IMG/VR virus record: IMGVR_UViG_2603880160_000004
Location: 33,477 to 97,476 of that record
DNA: 64,000 nucleotides
Strand: one strand, 5' to 3'
Source: a virus
Taxonomy: Duplodnaviria; Caudoviricetes
Shown: piece after piece, positions 58,058-64,000 of the stretch
How the letters are laid out: each line of letters begins with the position of its first letter
How positions within the stretch are numbered: position 1 is the first letter of the stretch
Program-made: the position numbers and the translations under genes
The notes under the pieces: model-generated
Seen by the model: only the letters and a program-made list of their open reading frames with translations
Told to the model about the DNA's origin: nothing
Databases searched by the model: none

Positions 58058-58886
58058 ATCCTAATTTTCTTAATTCTGTTGATGTGTAGTGAACCATATC
58101 TAATTCATTCATAATTCTATGAGATCGTTTTAATAATTCTACGTTAGTTGTTTTTTCTTTATCTTTAAAATATAAGTTATCTTCTAACCCAATTCTGATT
58201 CCGTCAAAATCTAACAAACCATATGTTGTACACTTTAATTGTTGTGAACCTATTCCACCTAAACACACATATGAATTATTTGGTAGTTTACTTTTGATTA
58301 ATGCTAATGTACTAAAATCACATTGACCGTTATAAATGTTTCCCAATATAACATTGATGTGATATGGAGGTTGTAGTTTATTTTTTGATATTAAATAATT
58401 TGTGTAGTTTAACATACCGTCATCAAAACATTCAATCTCAGGACTAACACCATACTTATCCATTTCACTTATCAATGACAAAATCATCTCAGGTTCATTA
58501 ACTGATGCACCAGTTGGGAAGTTTAATGATGACATTGTTAAAGATCCCATATCAGGATATAGTTGCAACACTTCAGATCTCTTTTCCAATTCAGGAAAAT
58601 TTCTTCCTGTTAAAGAAACACAAATTAATAATTCAGGACAATGTTTTTTTATCCCTTCTACTATTTTTTGGTAGGTTTCTTTTCTATACGTGTTCTTTAA
58701 TGTCTCTTCATCTCTTGCGTGTAGATGAACTATCGATATACCTAATTCATATGCGTTATGAACCTCATCAATTATTTCATTTGGTAATAATGGAGCATAC
58801 GAATTTTCTCTGGTAGTTTGTGTACCTGTTGGTGTAAAATTAATAATTTTCTTATTACAAATATTTCTCACATGTATAATATACAT
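58029..58886 (-). CDS. beta-keto acid cleavage enzyme (BKACE/Kce, DUF849)
   Basis: FTPTG, IVHLHARD, PEIECFD, IRIGLEDN. Confidence 0.85.
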   Translation of the reverse strand: MYIIHVRNICNKKIINFTPTGTQTTRENSYAPLLPNEIIDEVHNAYELGISIVHLHARDEETLKNTYRKETYQKIVEGIKKHCPELLICVSLTGRNFPELEKRSEVLQLYPDMGSLTMSSLNFPTGASVNEPEMILSLISEMDKYGVSPEIECFDDGMLNYTNYLISKNKLQPPYHINVILGNIYNGQCDFSTLALIKSKLPNNSYVCLGGIGSQQLKCTTYGLLDFDGIRIGLEDNLYFKDKEKTTNVELLKRSHRIMNELDMVHYTSTELRKLGYGNKNIGIR

Positions 58887-58909
58887 TATATTTATTAATA
58901 ATCCAAATA

Positions 58910-59230
58910 TTAATCCTCAATTTTTTTAACTCTAATAACTCTACTGATTGGTTGTGGTTCTTTAACACACTTCTTCTTTCTTGGTAATCTTTTCTTCTTA
59001 GGTTTAATGTTATGTTCTTTTTTATGACAATGTGAACATAATGATTCCAATGTGTTATTATCATACTCCCACGGCATAAGACCATCTTCGTATTTGGTAT
59101 GGTGTACCTGTAATCTGTGTGATTTCTTTCCACATCTGACGCAGGTGTGGTTGTCACGTTTCCTTATAAATGATGCTTTAATCTTCCACTTCGGGTCTTG
59201 TAATAAACGTCTATATTCTTTCCTATTCAT
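58910..59230 (-). CDS. HNH endonuclease
   Basis: RDNHTCVRCG, LQVHH, LCSHCHKKEH. Confidence 0.85.
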   Translation of the reverse strand: MNRKEYRRLLQDPKWKIKASFIRKRDNHTCVRCGKKSHRLQVHHTKYEDGLMPWEYDNNTLESLCSHCHKKEHNIKPKKKRLPRKKKCVKEPQPISRVIRVKKIED

Positions 59231-59258
59231 TAGGTATAAATACCCTATAGTATTGATT

Positions 59259-59975
59259 TTAATCCCAATATCCGTGGGACTTCTTAAAGAACTCAGGATT
59301 GTTTCGGTTAAAATAAGATTTAATCAATATCTTAATCATATAAAAAACCCCCTTATTCTTAAATCTTCTCGCCGATGTCCATACCCCACCAGTTTTATGT
59401 ATCTTAAAGTTTTGACTATCAATCTTTTGTGATAAAGAATAATCTTCGGCAAACTTTTCATTTGGGTTATATCCACCGATGTTCCAATATGTTTCAGTTT
59501 TAAATAATTGAAATCCACCCACCGCAAATGGTGTTCCAAGAAATACTGACAATCTTTGGGTGATATCAAACATCCTAAAAATCCAATTAAACCCTGTTTC
59601 CGTCTCAAATGGGACGGTCACCAGGTCTTTCTCATATTCTACCACCGTTTCCAACAAACCTTGTTTAAACAACATTATATCAGCATCCAAGAATAACATA
59701 TAAGGTGTGGTAACTAACTTTGATCCGTTTAACCTTGCTTGAGCGGGAAACCCACCCTCAATTACATCTATTTTTAATGAATATTTGTAGTTTGATTCCG
59801 TTTGGTATATCCATCTTAATGATTCCTCATCGTCTGAATTATCTGAAATGATTACTCGTGTACCCGCAATTCCTCTTTGTTTAGATATGAACCCCAAACA
59901 CTCGTAAATGTTTACCCCCTCATTTTTACATGGAATTACTATGGTTAACCTATCCTTTAATAACTGTGTATTCAT
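59259..59975 (-). CDS. GT2 glycosyltransferase
   Basis: IVIPCKNE, FLDAD, GGY..AED, TSARRF; start moved to MNTQ. Confidence 0.85.
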   Translation of the reverse strand: MNTQLLKDRLTIVIPCKNEGVNIYECLGFISKQRGIAGTRVIISDNSDDEESLRWIYQTESNYKYSLKIDVIEGGFPAQARLNGSKLVTTPYMLFLDADIMLFKQGLLETVVEYEKDLVTVPFETETGFNWIFRMFDITQRLSVFLGTPFAVGGFQLFKTETYWNIGGYNPNEKFAEDYSLSQKIDSQNFKIHKTGGVWTSARRFKNKGVFYMIKILIKSYFNRNNPEFFKKSHGYWD

Positions 59976-60636
59976 TTTCGTTGTAGATGATGTAAGAATT
60001 ATTTTCAATCCAATCCCCACAATTTAAATATCTAACATCTCCTATAAGTTTATCTTCAGGATGGTGGATATGACCGCACATTACAGTTGAACAATTATGT
60101 TTAATACCTTGACGGACAATCTCTTCCTCAAAAGATGTAATGAATTTAACGGCCTCTTTTACTTTATCTTTTAAGAACTTGGATAGTGACCTTTTATATC
60201 CTAACTTCTTTAATCTCCTATCTATGGAAATGGCGAAGTCATAACCTATACTACCCAATATACCCAACCATTTAAGTTTAACAACGCCATCATATAAATC
60301 CCCGTGAGTTATATAAGTGTTATTCCATATGTATTCATTATGGATTTCAATGTTTCCAAAATTCAAATCCAAATATTCTCTGGCAAATTCGTCATGGTTT
60401 CCTGGCAAGTATATGACCTTTGTCCCATTCTTGGAATAGGACATTATCTTTCTAATTACGTTTGTGTGTGATTGTGGCCAGCGGAACTTTCTTTTTAACA
60501 ACCATCCGTCTACTATATCACCAACCAAGAATAGATATTCAGGTTGATATTGTTTGAGGACGTTTAATACTTGTTCGGCATTTGAACCTTTGGAACCTAA
60601 ATGTACGTCGGAAATGAATAACGCTTCTATTTTCAT
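59950..60636 (-). CDS. LpxH-like UDP-2,3-diacylglucosamine hydrolase (metallophosphoesterase)
   Basis: ISDVHLG, GDIVD, GNHD, HGD, GHIH, NCGDW. Confidence 0.85.
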   Translation of the reverse strand: MKIEALFISDVHLGSKGSNAEQVLNVLKQYQPEYLFLVGDIVDGWLLKRKFRWPQSHTNVIRKIMSYSKNGTKVIYLPGNHDEFAREYLDLNFGNIEIHNEYIWNNTYITHGDLYDGVVKLKWLGILGSIGYDFAISIDRRLKKLGYKRSLSKFLKDKVKEAVKFITSFEEEIVRQGIKHNCSTVMCGHIHHPEDKLIGDVRYLNCGDWIENNSYIIYNENEYTVIKG

Positions 60637-60891
60637 CTACATAAATAGAATAAGTTGCCTTGGGTATATGTTAAGAAATTATTAACCTATAAGATATTGA
60701 TTTACAATCTCATCACCCTTTAGTTCTGTCTTAATTAGGAACCTATCAACATCTGACATATGTTTCATTTTACGTTCAGCTTGTTCAAGTGATTCACACT
60801 CAATTACCTCATTACCAACCTCTATGTGGTATTTAATTGTTATTTTTACTTTCATAAAGCAAATATACAACAATATTCGTATATACCAAAT

Positions 60892-61014
60892 TTAATTACC
60901 TCTACCCGTCTTTTTAATCTGTGTGTTGTTCTTGATAGGTTTGGTTGGAATAGGTTTCTTATCTCCTTTGGCCGCCTTAGGTTGTTGTGAATTGTTGAAA
61001 AATTTTGATGACAT
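60892..61014 (-). CDS. 40-aa basic protein (not in the ORF track)
   Basis: MSSKFFNN...IKKTGRGN; TATTTATA upstream. Confidence 0.55.
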   Translation of the reverse strand: MSSKFFNNSQQPKAAKGDKKPIPTKPIKNNTQIKKTGRGN

Positions 61015-61033
61015 AGTCGTTTATTTATAAATA

Positions 61034-61354
61034 TTATGGTCTGTATCTTAAATATGTAATATGAATTGGGTCTGTTTGAATATTAAATCCCCACCCATTT
61101 CCTTCGTTTTCACTATTATGAACCACACCATTTGGACCAACAATAGAGCTCACAGGAATTACCATTTGTGATGGAAACATTCTTAAAAATTCAATAATAC
61201 CGTTAGTGTCCACCGAAATAATATCGTACATCTCATCTGATGGGTCCATTGAACTTTCCCACATCCAAGAGGCAATTTCCACATTCTCTAAATTGATATA
61301 ACCTTCTGGCATATCATCGTCATTGTCCGTTAAAAATTTGAAGTCCTTTATCAT
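61034..61354 (-). CDS. FKF-tag protein
   Basis: Start moved to MIKDFKFL; ATGA overlap. Confidence 0.7.
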   Translation of the reverse strand: MIKDFKFLTDNDDDMPEGYINLENVEIASWMWESSMDPSDEMYDIISVDTNGIIEFLRMFPSQMVIPVSSIVGPNGVVHNSENEGNGWGFNIQTDPIHITYLRYRP

Positions 61355-61746
61355 GCTCCGAATAATTTCATTACACCTATGAATGTAACAACTGACACTA
61401 ACAGTGTCATCACCACAACACCGATAGGTTCCAACTTCCAAGTTTCAATTAAAACCAATTTAACTCTTGTTCCAAATATCTTAACCTTAGTCCATAGTGT
61501 TGGGTTCACCGTTATGGTTGTTGTTGCTTGAAACAATCTAATTTGTTCGTCCACGTCTCTATCAAGACGTTCAACTCTTTGAAAATGTTCGGCATAATAT
61601 CTTTCCATTTCATTATTGGATAAGGGATTTGCATTAACTTCTACCCTTATTCCATTCGGATTGTGGATTGATGCAGTGGCATATGTTTGTCCGTCCATTA
61701 TATCTAATGTGCCGATATAACCCCTGAAAAACTTGAATTTAGTCAT
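61351..61746 (-). CDS. FKF-tag protein with C-terminal TM helix
   Basis: MTKFKFFRG. Confidence 0.7.
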   Translation of the reverse strand: MTKFKFFRGYIGTLDIMDGQTYATASIHNPNGIRVEVNANPLSNNEMERYYAEHFQRVERLDRDVDEQIRLFQATTTITVNPTLWTKVKIFGTRVKLVLIETWKLEPIGVVVMTLLVSVVTFIGVMKLFGA

Positions 61747-62138
61747 TACATAAATTTTGAGGTAAATGCTCCACTTCTAAATGTTGCAGTACCAGTTGTT
61801 AAAGTTCCTCCTATTCCTCCTGTTGTAACTGTTCCTGTTGTTGTATATGTTGTTCCGTTTGGATTTGATGTTGTTAAACTATACCCTGTTGCCGTATTAA
61901 TTGTACCGTTGTATGGAATTGTAAATGTACCAGTGCCGGGTGTTGTTGTTATAGTATAGTTTGGTGGTGTGTATTGAATGAGACCTGGATTAACAACCCA
62001 AGTAGGTGTATACGTTATTCCACCCCAATTTGGAGTAAGAATAGTATTCAAATTATTCAATCTGTTTATTGCATCCCAATCAATATCCAATAATGGATGT
62101 TCTTCTTGATATCCGTGGAAAAATACAAATCTTTTCAT
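61746..62138 (-). CDS. FxF-tag Thr/Gly-rich protein
   Basis: MKRFVFFHG. Confidence 0.65.
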   Translation of the reverse strand: MKRFVFFHGYQEEHPLLDIDWDAINRLNNLNTILTPNWGGITYTPTWVVNPGLIQYTPPNYTITTTPGTGTFTIPYNGTINTATGYSLTTSNPNGTTYTTTGTVTTGGIGGTLTTGTATFRSGAFTSKFM

Positions 62139-62217
62139 GTTATTCCTTTCTAATATATATGACTAATATATGAATTTTTATTTAAAATACAAAGAAAATT
62201 AATTATATTTAATTATC

Positions 62218-63012
62218 ATGAATACGTTACATTTATTTGGGGACAGTTTTACTGAAGGTCATAAATTAGACACATCATTTATTTGGTATAAGGTTTGGAA
62301 AGAATGGAGAGGTGGAGATTTACCTCCTGTTTGGCATGAAATATTATCTGAAAAACTTGGTATGGAAACTAATGTTAAAGCTATTGGAGGTTCTTCTAAT
62401 CATGAGACCTTTCATACAATATGTGAAAATTCTGATTTATTTAAAAAAGATGATATTGTTATAATAAACTGGTCATATATGAACAGATTTAGATGGGCAA
62501 GTACTTTTCATGATAATGATGGTAATGAAGTCATGTATATGGAAAAACCAATTAATACGTGGGTAAGAATGGGAGTAAATAAATCTTATAATTTTCAACA
62601 TCACATAACTGAATCAACTCAAATGGAAATAGCTGTAAAAATATCAGAACATCCGTTTTATGTTGATGAAATATATAATTATGAAAAAATTATAGATAAT
62701 CTTTGTAAAAATATTGGTTGTGATGTTTATTATTGGTCAATGGATCATAAAATTATCAATACATTACCAATAGAAATTTTAAATCAAAAAAAATATATTT
62801 GTAATCAATATGCGGGTAATTTTGAAGTTGGTAATGGTGAACCAAATTGGGATCATCATTTTACTATTTTTAGAGAAGTATATAAAAGAGGAGGAAAAAA
62901 TATTAAACAAGAAACAAATGATGAAATACCCGACTCACATTTAGGTGAAAGTGGACATAGAATACAATCGGAAATGTTTTATGAGTATCTTAAAAAATAT
63001 CACAATTTTTAA
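62218..63012 (+). CDS. SGNH-hydrolase-like protein
   Basis: FGDSFTEG, GGSSN, DSHLGESGH. Confidence 0.7.
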   Translation: MNTLHLFGDSFTEGHKLDTSFIWYKVWKEWRGGDLPPVWHEILSEKLGMETNVKAIGGSSNHETFHTICENSDLFKKDDIVIINWSYMNRFRWASTFHDNDGNEVMYMEKPINTWVRMGVNKSYNFQHHITESTQMEIAVKISEHPFYVDEIYNYEKIIDNLCKNIGCDVYYWSMDHKIINTLPIEILNQKKYICNQYAGNFEVGNGEPNWDHHFTIFREVYKRGGKNIKQETNDEIPDSHLGESGHRIQSEMFYEYLKKYHNF

Positions 63013-63071
63013 GAATAAAATCATATAAAACTCTATGATTTGTTTCTTGTGGCCATTCACCAAGTCCCCAA

Positions 63072-63989
63072 CTATCCCCACCTATTAATATCTTCATCGT
63101 TTATAAAATTTTCGGGTTTCCACATCATACCACCTATTAATGGAATAATATTAAATTTAACATTTTTAGATATTGCCAATTTTATAAAATTTGAGTCTAC
63201 ATACCCAAAATAATTAAAAGAGTAAATTTCTTTAGATTGTGATAAAGTTAACATATCAATTGCTGCGTGTAGAGTCCTTGTTTGATATTCATTATGGTTA
63301 AAATTTTCTGTAAAAGGGATTGCACCTAAATGATTTCCATATTCTTTTTCAAATGGAAAATCAAACATAAAAACATTATCATAATTAAAACTTTTAATGT
63401 ATTCTTTGAATTTATATGAATTAGAACAAACAAAAACTTTATTTTCTTCAGATATTATTTTTTTAAATTGTTCTTCATGATTTTTATATAAATCTTCATT
63501 GTCTTTACTATCTCCTGCTCTAAATTGAATTGCAACGTATTCTTCATTTTTATGAACATTAGTTTCTCTATATTTGTTCATAATATATTCACTAAAAAGA
63601 TATCTATATTTTTTAAGTGTGTTAGGTACAAAAAAATTATGTAAATTTATTTTAAATAATTCAAATTTCTCATCATTATAATCAATGAATATATCAAATT
63701 GATTCATTCCAATTTCTTCATGTCCATTAACATAAAATAATTTTAAATTATCATAATTTTCAGTCCCAATTTTATTATCTGAAATTATAATATTATCAAA
63801 CAATTCTTCAAATACTTTTCTATCATATAGGACAAAAAAATAATCTTTATTAAACATTGAAGTTCTTTCCATATTAACATACAACGTAATATGTTTGTAA
63901 CCTAATTTTTTTAATTCTTCAACTAGATAAAAATATCTATAAATAGAATGGGTGTAGTCTCCTAATCCTGCGTGTACATTGTGTTGCAT
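63072..63989 (-). CDS. fucosyltransferase-like (GT-B, NodZ/GT11 type) protein, possibly 5' partial
   Basis: AGLGD, AIQFRAGD, AIDMLTLSQS. Confidence 0.5.
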   Translation of the reverse strand: MQHNVHAGLGDYTHSIYRYFYLVEELKKLGYKHITLYVNMERTSMFNKDYFFVLYDRKVFEELFDNIIISDNKIGTENYDNLKLFYVNGHEEIGMNQFDIFIDYNDEKFELFKINLHNFFVPNTLKKYRYLFSEYIMNKYRETNVHKNEEYVAIQFRAGDSKDNEDLYKNHEEQFKKIISEENKVFVCSNSYKFKEYIKSFNYDNVFMFDFPFEKEYGNHLGAIPFTENFNHNEYQTRTLHAAIDMLTLSQSKEIYSFNYFGYVDSNFIKLAISKNVKFNIIPLIGGMMWKPENFINDEDINRWG

Positions 63990-64000
63990 TAATTTTAGAT

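Noticed and set aside
1-64000. Antisense or nested short ORFs (e.g. 3122, 7521, 14885, 16255, 18978, 48001, 52430, 59052)
   Set aside because: They overlap longer ORFs that have recognisable motifs; likely shadows
1-64000. Stop-codon reassignment, tRNA, rRNA, integrase or transposase
   Set aside because: Known enzymes read through intact in the standard code; no cloverleaf or recombinase motif was found by eye

Overview
AT-rich, densely coding fragment of a large (probably jumbo, T4-like) bacteriophage using the standard genetic code. Frequent TAnnTTTG -7 promoters point to a Bacteroidota host. There are four zones. (1) 1-22.4 kb: lysis genes (GH19 endolysin, GAF-domain holin candidate), ADP-heptose genes, a cyclophilin, and many probable head-packaged proteins with shared N-terminal tags (MKIILTESQL / MKLLDIINE) behind a TATTTATA motif. 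(2) 22.5-38.4 kb: a + strand early-type region of promoter-gene-terminator cassettes, bounded by G-tracts and DnaA-box matches. It holds about 40 copies of ATRTTGTYTGGCA, and most copies have a 5' patch of restriction-site-like sequence (GATC, CCWGG, CATG, GCGC) that is otherwise scarce. (3) 43-55 kb and 61-62 kb: about 26 small proteins sharing an FKF(F/L) tag, including six RMF-like proteins and two with segments resembling T4-type major capsid protein (one like the Gol peptide). (4) Scattered surface-glycan and LPS-modifying enzymes. All calls are by eye; no database searches were run and counts are manual.
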